Shown: positions 43,049-58,399 of the stretch, piece by piece
How the letters are laid out: every line of letters starts with the position of its first letter
Position numbering within the stretch: the stretch's first letter is position 1
Assembly: GCA_951406725.2 (NCBI GenBank)
Contig: OX597832.1
Location: 20,460,001-20,524,000 of the forward strand
DNA from: Octopus vulgaris
Lineage: Eukaryota
Direction of reading: 5' to 3'
DNA length: 64,000 nt
Program-made: the position numbers and the translations under genes
The notes under the pieces: model-generated
Database searches by the model: none
The model's input: the letters and a program-made list of their open reading frames with translations, nothing else
What the model was told of the DNA's origin: nothing

Positions 43049-43210
43049 AGAGTTTACGAAAAAACAAAAGACGAAGACAGGTGGTGTACAAAACAAACAG
43101 ATGTATTAGTATAACGCTCAGGAATAGAAAGAGTCTTTTACGTTTCGAGCCTACGCTCTTCTTCAGAAAGGGACAGAAACAAGGAGAGAAAAAATGTGTG
43201 TAGTGGCTAG
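43046..43210 (-). mobile_element. Repeat family E with minimal hammerhead motif
   Basis: Minus strand 43170-43135: cttt CTGAAGA a GAGC gtag GCTC GAAA CG TA^ aaag. Confidence 0.75.
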
Positions 43211-43829
43211 ATTAATAGATAGATAAATAGATGGACAGATAGAATAATCTATCTCTCTATCTAACTATTTATCGAACTATCTCTCTCTTTCTCTCTCTCT
43301 CTATATATATATATCTATATATCTATATATATATATATAACAGACAAGGTATATATATTGAAGGATTCATAAATTGATAATTAGACAGGAGGACGTATAT
43401 ATATATATATACATATATAGATAGATCTATCTAGCTGGCTAGCTGTTTGTGTGTGTATGTCTGCATGTGTGTGTGTGTACGATATACATAAATATATAGC
43501 TAGAATTAAGCATGTCTGTACGTATCCATACGTCCTCCTGTCTAATTATCAATTCATGCATCCTTCAATATATATACACCTCGTCTGTTTTTTAGTCATT
43601 CTACTATTTTCTGATTGTTATCCTTTCGCTGAACCTCCGTCTCAATTATAACCACATTTCCTTTCTCTTTCCTTATTTCCTTCTTTGTACCACCACTCTC
43701 TTCCGCCCCTCCTCTCTCACCCTCTCTCACATACACATGGACTCGCGCACGTAGACTCACAGACACGCATAATTATATACATATATATACACACGTAAAT
43801 ACACAATTATATACAAATTTATCTATTCT

Positions 43830-43974
43830 GAGTTATGTTATATATGAATACATATCAATTATATGTATATATATATATATATTATATATATATATACATA
43901 CACATACATGTACATATTTATATATTTTATTATGCATATACTTACTTGTACGTCTGTAAATGCTACGTATCCAA

Positions 43975-44024
<50 letters not shown>

Positions 44025-44038
44025 GTCTATCTATTTAT

Positions 44039-44070
<32 letters not shown>

Positions 44071-44091
44071 GTCTGTCTGTCTGTCTCTCTG

Positions 44092-44130
<39 letters not shown>

Positions 44131-44251
44131 ATCTATCTATCTATCTATAGATAGATATTGTCATAATAGCCGATGAGAATGTATCCTAGCTCTTAGCTTC
44201 TGTATTTGAAACTCTGAGTCCTATTATGACCATTTACTGTTTGTCCTAAAC

Positions 44252-44343
<92 letters not shown>

Positions 44344-44904
44344 CCTTCACTACACTAATGGTTCCGTAGTCCTTTTTCTGCTAACTATATCTCATTTTGT
44401 AGACTTGTTTACTTCTTTACTCGTTTCTAAAACATTTTATCAGCAAATTTTAAACTTCTTATGGATCATCATTGACCTCATCCGCAGTTCCAACACTTGC
44501 TTCAACTTCTCAGTTCCATTTTTTCTATAAGTTCCTATCGACCGACCTATGCTTTTCTATGCTTGTCTTTGTAAATGTTTCACTGTGCCTAATTAGTTAT
44601 CAGTCTACTTCGATGCACGTACATAGTTATGTATGTATGTACGTATGTATGTACCTATGTACGTATGTATGTATGTATGTATGTATGTATGTATGTATGT
44701 ATGTATGTATGTATGTATGTATGTATGTATGTATGTATGTATGCATGCATGTATGCATGCACGTATGTATGTATGTATATATGTATGTATGCATGTACGC
44801 ATGTATGTATATATGTATATATGTATGTGTCTATTTCTCTGTCACCTGTTTCTATCTTATCAAATCTATTTATGTATCTATATTGTCATCTATCTATTTA
44901 TCTT

Positions 44905-44956
<52 letters not shown>

Positions 44957-44981
44957 CTATCTATCTATCTTTCTATCTATC

Positions 44982-45077
<96 letters not shown>

Positions 45078-45212
45078 TATGCATATATATACATATATAT
45101 ATATATGTATGTATATATGTATGTACATCTATCTAGTTATTTATCTCTCAACATATATAAATATAGAAACATACATACAAATACATATAAAGAGAATGAG
45201 AGATATGAATGA

Positions 45213-45251
<39 letters not shown>

Positions 45252-45477
45252 CAGTGATTGATAGATATATATCTAAGCACATGTATACGAGATGTATTTC
45301 TATATGAATGTATATATTAATGTATATTAACGCATATATCTATTAACATATATTACCTCGACATCTTTGCACATATATTTCTTTTCATCTGTATCATACC
45401 AAATTGAAGCTAATTTAGTATCCTTTAGTTCTTTCCAATCCACCCCAATTCTCCACTCTTGTCTCTGCCTCTCTTTC

Positions 45478-45545
<68 letters not shown>

Positions 45546-45778
45546 CATCTATCGGCATTTCTCATTCATATACTCATATCTTCAATCCCTACTCTGTGAG
45601 CATGCACACACACACACACACAAACAAACAAACTAACAAACAAACAAATTACCTCTCTCTGTATTCATCAATCTGTCTTTTTCTTTCTACTTCCTCTTTA
45701 TATATATATATATCTTTCTGTTCAGTTCTTCATGTTTTGATATCAATTAATCTATCTACCAATCCCATTATCTCTTTT

Positions 45779-45837
<59 letters not shown>

Positions 45838-45902
45838 CTATCTGTCTATCTGTCCCTCTCTGCCTTTCTTCACATTTTTTCTCCATTTGCCTACACACAC
45901 AC

Positions 45903-45956
<54 letters not shown>

Positions 45957-46079
45957 GTATATAAATATTTATATGTATATATATATATATGTATATATAT
46001 ATGCATGTATATTTATGTATATATAAAACTATTACTTCATTTGTTATATCCTCTTTCTCTGTGTTCATTTTCATATGTC

Positions 46080-46112
<33 letters not shown>

Positions 46113-46227
46113 TACATATATACACATATATATATATATATATACCCACACACATATATATATGTATATACTCACACACACATATATATACATATATACA
46201 TATATATATATATACAAACATACACAC

Positions 46228-46311
<84 letters not shown>

Positions 46312-46380
46312 GCAAATAGGCAGACAGACTGACTGACAGACAGGTGGACAGACAAACAGACAGACAGATAGATAGATAGG
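43830..46380. repeat. Field of (TA)n, (TATC)n, (TATG)n, (CT)n and (CA)n microsatellites
   Basis: Direct reading; explains the YI/YLSI/MYVC ORFs. Confidence 0.9.
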
Positions 46381-46752
46381 CCGATAGATATCCCTCAACA
46401 CGTACTCCTTTAGTTATCGTCTTACTCTTCCCCTCTCTGTCAGTCTGTTTGTCTCTCTCGCCCTCTCTCACCTCATCTCCCTATCTATTCCTCTCTATCC
46501 CTCTCTTCTCCTTCCCTCCTTCTTCGTTTAGTCTCTCTATTGCTGTTACTTACTCATACCAAATCTCTCTTACCTTCCGATACGTAAACCCGTTACTACT
46601 CCCGTTCCGGAACCCCTTTCCTCCCTCTCTCTATCTCTCTGCCTTTCTATCTTTCCTTCTTACATTTAAAATCTCCTTCTCTTCCTCGCTTCTCTCTCTC
46701 TTCCGTATTTACTGTTATCTTCTAATCTGTGTCTCTTTCTTTGCTCCTTTCT

Positions 46753-46783
<31 letters not shown>

Positions 46784-47589
46784 TTTCTCTCTCACTCCCT
46801 CTTCTTTCTTTATTCCCCTCTCATTTTCCAGGATTTCCAATCTTCTCTTACTCTTTCTCTCTTTCTTTCTTACTCTGCGTCCCTCTTTTTCACTCTCTCT
46901 CTTTCTTTCTTCCTTTCTCGTATCTTTCTCTCTATCTTCCACTCCATCTCCACCCCATCTCTCGTTTTAACCCTATTTTGACACCCAATTACATTCCGTC
47001 TATCCTCACCTCCTCATCCAATCCACAACCTCACTTCTCCTTATCCCACCCTCTCTCTCTCTCTTTCTCCCTCTATATCCTCCTCCCTCTCCTTCTTATA
47101 TCTACCAGTTTATCTGTCCCTATCTATCCCTATCTATGTGTCTCTCTCTCACCTTCACTCCTACTCCCTCGCATTTACACCGCCATCTCCTGCTCAAATC
47201 TGACCTCTTTGTCAGATTCACAATTAGGAGCCATTCAAACTGAATACAGAAAAAATTACCAAATCAATAATTTCGAATTATATTCTTCACATTCCCCATT
47301 TCGTCCCCACCTTAATACAAACTATGTTTGTGACTGTCTATCAGTCTCTCTGCCTGCCTGCCTGTATGTCTGTCCGTCTGCCGGTCGGGCTTTCTGTCTG
47401 TCTGTCTGACTATCAGTCTGGCTGTCTGGAGGTCTTCTTACTTCCGTGTGTCTGGAATTTGGCTCTCTCTGTCTGTCTGTCTATTTGTGAGTGTATGTCT
47501 GTTGGTCTATCTCTCTCTGCTTACCTCTTTGTGTATGTTTGCAAGTATACATGGATGAATATGTGTGTGTGTGTGTGTTCTACTTTTTA

Positions 47590-47940
47590 CTTATTATAAA
47601 TCTTCCACTGAGGAGGGAGCCGGATTCCAACAAAGATACAAGGCTCCATCTTTGGGATGTAGTTAACAAAGACAAATTCACATTTGGAACTTGAGAAAAG
47701 TCTTGCAAAATTGTTACTGTTCCACTCACAGATTGCATGTGTAATGTACGAATTAGCTGGTCAATTCCCTTTCTGAAAATCCCAGTTGATCCAGATTCTC
47801 CTTTAAGCATTTACTAACAAAAGCTAGTGCTCCAATTATTATTGGTATGAATATGAATTCATAGTCTGGATATAGAAGCTGAAGGTTTCAAAGCAGTTGT
47901 CCATAGATATCCTCTTTTTCTTTGATTTTCAAAGAGATAC
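47590..47940 (-). pseudogene. 3' end of an RLE-type (R4/Dong-like) non-LTR retrotransposon, endonuclease C-terminus
   Basis: Minus frames KIKEKEDIYGQLL*NLQLLYPDYEFIFIPIIIGALAFVSKCLKENLDQLGFS and LIRTLHMQSVSGTVTI fit the EK..KY..L...IPIIIGALG pattern. Confidence 0.7.
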
Positions 47941-48134
47941 GTATATATATAAGAAGTATGTATGTATGTAAGTATGAATGCATGTATGTGTGCATGTATG
48001 TATGTGTGTATGTATAAATATATGTATGTTTCTTTGCATGTTCATTTCATTGCTTCCCCGATTCCGTTTGTGTCTTAGTGAACAATCTAAAGTCTTTAGA
48101 TGTGAGTAAATATGTGTGTATGCATATACTTACT

Positions 48135-48604
<470 letters not shown>

Positions 48605-49687
48605 TATACATATATGTGAATATTTGTATACGTACTTACGTCAATGGGGTTTATAATCTTCTTAAAAGAATACGACTTCCGTCTCGTCATAGAGAACAAG
48701 AGGTAAGCATAATGGTGTAGTCTGCTTATGAAATACGCAATACAACATCATTTCGCGTACAGTCTAGTTATTTGGGGTCGTTATAATCAACTAACATCCG
48801 ATAAAAATTTCAAACCTTGCGCCTATAATTCGTCGGATAAAGTACATAACACTTATTCTAAAACTTAAAGTAATTTTAGAGTTACACCAATTAATGTCCT
48901 TATATTTGATATGTTCGTTTTGACTCGGATAGGGAAAGACTTACGCTGCAGAAATAGCCTTGACGGAAAATATTCTCTTTATAGATTATATGCGAGAAAC
49001 TTATTGCCTTTCAAGACAGTATTTTCTTTCAATAAAATTTATCTTTCCACGTCTGCGTGTGTAAGATAACATTTCATTCAACGCTGCTTAGGAGGACAAA
49101 AAGTAAAACATTCTATAAAATTTCCAAGCACTCCTAAAGGGTTATGAAGTAAAGCTTTGGTCTATAGCTCTGTTGAAAGAAGAGGTGCTTCTGTGTTATT
49201 TTTAGAGATTCGAGAATGGCCCGAATGCTTCCATTATGCAGATTTTGCTACAACACTGTTTTGTTATTCGCTCTGGTGTTTCTTTTTCGTTTATTATCTT
49301 TCATAGGTTCTTCTCTGGTTTAAAGCACAATAAAGTACAATAGCGCAGGCGGGTACCAACACTTCCATAAGGCACACTAGAACAATTGTAACGATCTCTT
49401 CAAATGAAACCGTTGGTTGCTTCCTTAATCCATACAGAATGTATATTCATACACCAATGAGATGATGATCACACATTCCCACTGTTCGACATTAATGTGT
49501 CAATGTATGTATGTATGTATGTATGTATGTATGTATGTATGTATGTATGTATGTGTATGTATGTATGTATGTATGTATGTACGTATGTATGTGTATATCC
49601 GTGTGTGTGTGCGTGCGTATGCATGATTTTATGAAAGTAAATATGTATGTATGCAGATATGTATCTCTGTAAGTATGCATAGATGTA

Positions 49688-49777
<90 letters not shown>

Positions 49778-50268
49778 TTCTGATGCTGTTATATTCTTCA
49801 AACGTTTCATCAAAGGGGAAAGATACATTACTTAATTCGAACTACACTTGCCCTGTAAGTATTAAGATATTGCTTCCAAAATCTAAAAGCCCTTATTGGT
49901 AAGGTTAACCTTTAATATCGATCACTAAAACTATCAGGCATTGTTTGCACGAAAGAACTGATGGGCCAGAGGTTTTCGAACTAATACATTGGCATAATCT
50001 ATAAATGATTGATGTATAAAAATTGGACACGCTAACTGTTATGACAACACTGTCAGAGGATATATCCTACAAGCCGTGGGGTTCTGCGAGAAATAGGCAC
50101 GGTGCTATGTGCATGAATACCTCTCTAATCGGGAGCAAAATTAGTAATAGTTCTAACATAATTAATTACAAATTGAAGCTAGATCGAAGAGAATGTCTCA
50201 GTTGCGATTAAGCATACATGCATCTATACATAAACACACACACACATACACACACACACATACATACA

Positions 50269-50364
<96 letters not shown>

Positions 50365-51013
50365 CTTACCCACTCAGACAAATATACATGCATACATATG
50401 TATAAATGTGCGTGTGCTTGTGTTTATATATATAAATATGTATGTATGCATATATATGTATATATATATATAAATATATATATATATGTGTATGTATATA
50501 TGTATGTATATATATAAGTGTGTGTGTGTGCGTGTGTGTGTGTGTATGTAGACATAGTATCACACAGATGTATATCATAACTTTTCGCATAGTGCACAAG
50601 ATGGAGCCAGTAGACTAATGAATATGAGACCGGAATAAAGGATGAAAGAAAAAACGGCGCTAACCGACAAAATCTTACTGCGAAGGCATATACGTGGAAG
50701 CACTCATAGACGGCCATACATACATGTACACACACACACCCACACATATAAACGCATATACACACACTTACACGTATATATGAATGCATATGTATAGATA
50801 CGCACACACATAGATATGAACGTATATGTATAGATACATACATCCATATACATACATACGCACATATATCTATATTCACGTATGCACATACACACACATG
50901 CATACATATACATATACACACATACATACATGCATACACACATACATACATACGTACATACATACATACATACATACATACATACATACGTATAGACATA
51001 CATAAAAAATACA

Positions 51014-51086
<73 letters not shown>

Positions 51087-51534
51087 GTGCATAGAAACAT
51101 GCATATATACCCTCACAGACACACACATATATATATATACATCCGAAGTTCTAGGAAGGAAGTCAAAATGTAGGCTGCCTTGATAGGAAATCGAAGAGAA
51201 TGAACCAACGCGAACAATGCAAAAGAAATGTATTTTTTATATATTCACTCGCAGACACACACACACACACATAGTCGCACACATGTATCTACCTACACTC
51301 ATATTCATACATATATATATTAGCCTACATACTTGTGTATGAAATTCTGAAATTCCGCACCGCTCCATTACCATTATCTTTTTTCATCAAACACCCAAGG
51401 CGTTTAGCTGTGATGTTTACGAACTTCAAACTCTTCATCTGAAATGTCAAGATTTTTTAAACTCAACAAAATTTAACTCGAATATAACATTCTACAACTG
51501 CTACACACTTTTGCTAATATTGCATCGCTCCAAA

Positions 51535-52342
51535 GCGTCGAGATGGCAGAATCGTTAGAACGCCGGGCAAAATACTTAGCAGCATTTCGTCCGTCTTTAT
51601 CGTTCTGAGTTCAAATTCTGCTGATGGTGTCTTTGCTTTTATCGATAAAATAAGTGCAGGATGAGAACTAGGATTGATCTCATAAACCTATCTCTCACCT
51701 GAATTTGCTGACCTTCTGTTAAAACTTGAAAACAATATATTTTTTCTACTCTAGGCACCAACGACCGAAATTTTGAGGGGAGGGGGCCACTCGATTAGAT
51801 CGACCCCCCAGTACGAAACTGGTACTTAATTTATCGGCCCCGAAAGGATAAAAGGCAAAGTCGACCTCGGCAGAATTTGAACTCAGAACGTAAAGACAGA
51901 CGAAATATGTCTAAGCTTTTCGCCCGGTGTGATAAAATTTCTGCCAGCTCGCCCCTCTACTTCAAGACAATATTAATTTCTTCTCTAGAGAGGCCCGAAA
52001 TTTGGGGGGAGGAGGCCAGTGGATTAGATCGACCTCTGTACGCAACTGGTACTTAATTTATCGACCCCGAAAGGATGAAAGTCAGAACGTAAAGACAGAC
52101 GAAATACCTATTTCTTTACTACCCACAAGGGCCTAAACACAGAGAGGACAAAAAAGGACAGACAAACGGATTAAGTCGATCATATCGATCCCCCGTGCGT
52201 AACTGGTACTTATTTAATCGACCCCGAAATGATGAAAGGCATAGTCGACCTCGGTGGAATTTGATTTCAGAACGTAACGGTAGACGAAATACGGCTACGC
52301 ATTTCTCCCGGCGTGCTAACGTTTCTGCCAGCTCGCCGCCTT
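51535..52342. mobile_element. Cluster of three SINE family B copies (51535-51735 +, 51743-51955 -, 51975-52342 -)
   Basis: Repeated ctggtacttaatttatcgaccccgaaagg / gaatttgaactcagaacgtaa motifs. Confidence 0.85.
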
Positions 52343-52489
52343 ACTTCTCTTTATATAATGAGTTAAAATCTACTCATAGAACATTCACTACAGGGCCATC
52401 CAGTAATTAACAGAGAAATTAGCAAATGATGGTTCACTATTAATCTTTAAGCATGTATCTTCAATTAATTATTTCTAATCCTTTATCTT

Positions 52490-53213
52490 TCATTTCGGTC
52501 AATCATATGACGGCGGTCATGCTGGGGCACCGCCTTGAAGAATTTTTAGTTCAATGAATCGAACCCAGTAGTTATTATCTTAAGCCTGGTGCTTTTTCTA
52601 ACAGTCCATTTTGCCCAACCGCAACCTTACGGGGACGTAAGCACACCAGCACCGGTTGTCAATCGGTGGTGGAGGACAAACACAGACGCAAAGACACACA
52701 AGCATACATACATATATATATATAAACGCATACATATATATGTGTGTGTATATTTGTATATGTTTATAGATATCGATATTTATTTATACGACGGGATTCT
52801 TTCAGTTTCCTTCTATCAAATATACTCATATGGCATTAGTCGATCTGGGGCTATAGTAGAAGACACTTAACCAAGGTCCGACGCAGTGGGACTGAACCCG
52901 GAACCATGTAACTGGGAAGCGAGTTTCTTTATTTCATAAATTAGCCATAAAGGCTTTACACAGAGAAGCTGCGGGCTGGACAAGTCATTAATGAGATGAG
53001 ATGAACGATGAACAGGATGATATTAATGGAGGAAGGCAGAGGACACTCGCCGATCCCTGCTTCCCTAAAACATTGTTCTTTTGCTTCATTTTAAAAAGTA
53101 AAAATACAAAAACGAGTTATTGAGCCTCGCATCTTATTTCCATACTACTGGGCAAACTGAGGCGCTGAATCTCTTACAAGCAAGCTTCTTACCACACAGC
53201 CATACCTGCGCCT
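52490..53213 (-). mobile_element. SINE family A with ~250-bp insertion in its tRNA head
   Basis: Body 52490-52931; head resumes at 53178 aagcaagcttcttaccacacagccatacctgcgcct. Confidence 0.75.
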
Positions 53214-53428
53214 ATCATATAAAATTCTAAGGGTAAATATTTTTTAAAACACACGCTCAGATTAAATGAAGCAGTGAGTAAAAAATCAGGTATCAATCAT
53301 CCTTTACGGAACATTATGCCCTGTATTTCAAAGTTTTATCCACGCCACGAAGTATAAAATCATAATGTCAATCGTTAGTATATAGTTTTAGGCCAACGTA
53401 AACATTTTAGCAAATCTCAAATTTTTTA

Positions 53429-53717
53429 AAACAACGTACTATGTAATTTCTTAGTGTTAGAATCATAACATTTCGTTTTTGTTCTACTGAGCATCAAAAC
53501 TGAATCAAATAAATCAACATACTATGTAAACAACATACTATGTAATTTCTTAGTGTTAGAATCATAACATTTTGTTTTTGTTCTACTGAGCCTCAAAACT
53601 GAATCAAATAAATCAACATACTATGTAAACAACATACTATGTAATTTCTTAGTGTTAGAATCATAACATTTCGTTTTTGTTCTACTGAGCATCAAAATTG
53701 AAACAAACAAATAAAAC
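53429..53717. repeat. 99-bp minisatellite, ~2.9 near-identical copies
   Basis: aaacaac(g/a)tactatgtaatttcttagtgttagaatc begins at 53429, 53528 and 53627. Confidence 0.92.
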
Positions 53718-54199
53718 AAAAGAAAGAACAGATAATAAAAACACAAAGAAAAAAAGGCAAAAACTAACTAAATATAAATTACTTCACATATAACGTAAGT
53801 ACTTCGTCATCTCAATCAACAAAATACTACTTACAACATGAAAACCAATTAAATCTGGGACCTTAATTACGTTACTTTAACAACAATGTCACGAGGTTTC
53901 TTCCATATTTCCTTTTAAATCTTTTCGTTTAGATTTTCGCGTTTGGTTTTGTTCTTCTTTCTCTCCCTAAAGTCATGTCTGGATATCGAAACGAGAGGAT
54001 TTCTTTCAAAGCAGAATGGAATAACTGCATCATGTTCTGTGTTCTATTGTTTTAGTTGTGCAACGTATTGAGTGCAACAACACATCGACACGCATCGCTC
54101 GCAACTAATGAGCTCATGTTTTCGATCATGATCTACAAGATTCTGAAAGACTGTGCTAACTTCCTCTCCCTCTACCTCTCCTTCACCAAATACCCCTCC

Positions 54200-54281
<82 letters not shown>

Positions 54282-54282
54282 T

Positions 54283-54328
<46 letters not shown>

Positions 54329-54697
54329 CACACATATATACGCACAGATATACGCACAGACACATATATATATATATACACACCTATATACACATATATA
54401 TATATATCATGCTATGTAGATCTCATTCCATTTCAGTAGCAATTTAACAGTCATTCACCTTATTCTTTCCTTTTTCGAGTAATTAGTATCTCCGTCAATA
54501 TATTTAAATACTTGATTATATATTTATATATCTCTCTCTTTAACTATGTGATCCTCTATATATGCACTACCTCTCTCTCTCTCCCTCTCTCTCTCTTCTT
54601 ATATATATATCTATATATACATATATATAGTATATATATATGCCACAGGCACAATAGTGTAGGCATACATGCATCTATACAAATATACGTATATAGC

Positions 54698-54736
<39 letters not shown>

Positions 54737-54841
54737 TGTACGTGTGCTCACGCACGTGTGCCTGTGTATATGAAGGTTTGTATCCAAAAGCACAGTCATA
54801 AACACATATACACAGAGAAACACACACACACATACACACTC

Positions 54842-54889
<48 letters not shown>

Positions 54890-55364
54890 GTGTATATACA
54901 TCCGATAGGCCGCTTGTGTGAAGGTGTGTGTTTATGTATTACAGCATAATAACTATTAGATATTTACTTAGTCATCACATTTATTGTTTTTGTTTCATCT
55001 AACCATTCCAGAGCATGTCTTCAAATCTTAACATCGCCAGAAGATACAGCACATATTCAGTGTGTCACGTTTTAATTGATGCTAATCGTTCACCACGATG
55101 CTAAAGAAGCTCGGAATTACATTCCACAAGCACTGCTGCATGTTCTTTGATTGCAGAATGTAAAAGAATTCATTATTAGTTAAAGTAAAAGATATATACC
55201 TTTCATGGAAATTAATTGTCGAAGAATGCAGATATGCAATTTCGTACGCAATCATATCAGGATACATGCTACTCAACTATTGTTTGTGTGCATGTCTCTG
55301 TGTCTGTGTGTTTGTGTGTGTGTGACTGTGTATATATCAGTGTTGCAGTGTGCAGGCACGATAC

Positions 55365-55437
<73 letters not shown>

Positions 55438-55511
55438 ATATCTATCTATCTATCTATCTATTTATTTATCTATCTACCTATCTCTCTCTCTCTCTCTCTC
55501 TCTCTATTTTT

Positions 55512-55572
<61 letters not shown>

Positions 55573-55604
55573 CATATATATCTGTATATTCGGCATTGAT
55601 AGAT

Positions 55605-55768
55605 CGCTAACCACTACACATTCTTCATTTTCTTTCCTTGTTTCTTTCTGTGGAAGAACGTATGCTCGAAACGTTAAAGACTTAATCACTTCCCGAGCGT
55701 TATACTAATACATCTGTTTGTTGTCTACACCACCTATCTTCGTCATTTGTTTTTGTGAGAATTCTCCC
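55605..55768 (+). mobile_element. Repeat family E, diverged
   Basis: tttctgtggaagaacgtatgctcgaaacgttaaagac...gagcgttatactaatacatct. Confidence 0.7.
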
Positions 55769-55914
55769 CCCCCACACACACACTGATGTGAAAACTATTC
55801 CATCACCATTGACCAAATAATGTTAGCATCACCTTTATGATACACCCAAGACTTGGACCACGTGATATCCACCCACAACAAAACGTAATAACTCGCATCA
55901 CATTATAACTTGAA

Positions 55915-56640
55915 TTGAGTGACGACAGAACTTTATTTTAATGACCTCGAAAGAATAAATGAAAAAGTAGACCTCGACGAGATTTTAAACCAGAAGGTAA
56001 AGAAACGGAAGAAATTCTGAAAAGCATTTTTTCCGACGTGCATACGGTCTGACAGCTCGGTGCCTATTGGTAATTCTAGTTTTATAGTTTGGCACAGTAA
56101 ATTCGAGGGAGGAAATGAGTCGATTTCATCAACTCCAATGCTCTACTGATGCTTATTTTATTGAACTCGAAAGGATGAAAGGAAAAATCGATTTTACAGA
56201 ATTTGAAATCCGAAAGTAAGTACGGACGAAGTACCGCTAAACATTTTGCCCGACGTGGTAACGACTCTGCCAGCTCATCTCATTGTCTGTTTATAATATG
56301 ATGGATGTATGTATAAATGTGATCTATCTATCTATCTACATGCATTCATGCGCACACGCACAAACGAACACATGCATATACGTGCATACGCATATAAACA
56401 TACATACAATAAACAATAACAACGGTTTCTGATCTAGAAAAGGCGTAACATGAATGAACGAAACAGAAAATTTTGGCACAAGGCCAACAACTTCGGGTGA
56501 GAGAGTAGGTCGATTTCGTTGTTCTTAGTATTCTACAGGTACTAATTTTATCGACTCAGAAATGATGACAAGCAAATATGACTTTGGTGGAATTTGAACT
56601 CAGAACTTAGGGACGGACGAAATGCGGTTAAGCATTTTGC
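55915..56640 (-). mobile_element. Three decayed SINE family B copies
   Basis: Fragments of ttttatcgac..gaaaggatgaaagg, gaatttgaactcagaac, taacgactctgccagctc. Confidence 0.65.
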
Positions 56641-56804
56641 AGCATTCCCTATTGATAATATTGGTCTCACCTAACTGCTGCTTCCAATTTAGCTAGAATC
56701 ATATTAATAAATATTATCCGCGATATTAAGATCAGAGCCTTTGATAGTAGATTTGGAAGGACTCCGGAAATTTTTTTTTTTTTTAAATAATCATTACGCC
56801 ATAT

Positions 56805-56921
56805 GCCTACGTGCATATGACGCAGTGGTTAAGAGCAGGGGTTACTAACACCAAGATTCCGAGTTCGATTCCAAGCAGTGACCTGAACAATGCCAATAAT
56901 AATAATAATAATATTAATAAT

Positions 56922-57006
<85 letters not shown>

Positions 57007-57011
57007 TTAAA

Positions 57012-57057
<46 letters not shown>

Positions 57058-57230
57058 TCGAAAAATACCTCAGGAATGAGAACCTAAGTTCGAAATTTCC
57101 CCAAGAGGGTATATCAGCCGTAACATTGTGTTAACAACAAACAAGATGAGGACAAATATCCGTCGAATGTAAATAATATGAATAATGTAAATAATGTACA
57201 TAATTCTTCATCTCTTAAATATAGAACTGA
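56805..57230 (+). mobile_element. Possible composite SINE: tRNA-like head + (AAT)n + unique tail
   Basis: A box TGACGCAGTGG and B box GAGTTCGATTCC at 56818-56872, then AAT tract and a ~170-bp tail; single copy here. Confidence 0.4.
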
Positions 57231-57524
57231 CAAAATAATCATATTTTGTTTAGTTTCGGCTCTTCATCAGCCGGATTTCTATACTGCTGCGAATTACCTA
57301 GTTTTACAAGAACCGTTTTTGTGTTGATCCAAATCTATAAAGAAAATGTTTCCCGACGTGCAGTAGAATCGAACCTGCGAAGTTGTGTTTGGGGAAATAA
57401 ACAAACTGCATACGCTCTTGTCCATACCCAAATCCACATGCATATACACACATACTTCACACTTCACACTTCACACATTCATATATATACATATATATAC
57501 ATATATGTGTGAGTGTCTTCATAT

Positions 57525-57598
<74 letters not shown>

Positions 57599-57887
57599 GT
57601 GTTCTTGCACACAGGCAGACAAAAATATTGAAACAAAAACGGAAAAACAAATGCACATCGTTCAAGTGAACTTCTATCTATTTCGTTCTTTCTTTAGATA
57701 GGAAATGAGCCATGTTTTTAGCGGTAAACTGAAAGGGAACGCTTTGACATCCACCATTTCACCCCCCTTGTCATGTTATTTTAGCCACAAACAACAGGAC
57801 CGCGATTTGTTACTCTTCACCAAACCTCAAAACTCTTCCAGACAATCCAGCCAACCATTCGTCTGCTTTCACGAGCGATAGACTTAC

Positions 57888-57898
57888 ATTGTCCTATC
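57888..57898 (-). other. Candidate 11-nt micro-exon (GATAGGACAAT)
   Basis: Minus strand cttgttttttgtttttttttctgtAG|GATAGGACAAT|GTAAGT. Confidence 0.35.
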
Positions 57899-58087
57899 CT
57901 ACAGAAAAAAAAACAAAAAAACAAGCTCTTAATATATTTTCTCTCCACTAACCACACAAGAAGTACCGAAAAAAGCCGCAACTCCACATTTGCGGTGCCC
58001 CTCTCCACCACGGCTACCAATAACAGACAGACACAAACAAACAGAAGTAACATTATAAAGAACAATAATAATAATAATCATAATAAC

Positions 58088-58139
<52 letters not shown>

Positions 58140-58165
58140 GCCACAATATTAATGATGATCATAAC

Positions 58166-58276
<111 letters not shown>

Positions 58277-58307
58277 AAGAAGAATAGCCACAATAATTAT
58301 GATGATG

Positions 58308-58399
<92 letters not shown>

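Noticed and set aside
49030-49460. Cys-containing minus-strand fragment resembling a piggyBac C-terminus
   Set aside because: Cysteine spacing incomplete, multiple stops, no TTAA/TIR identified
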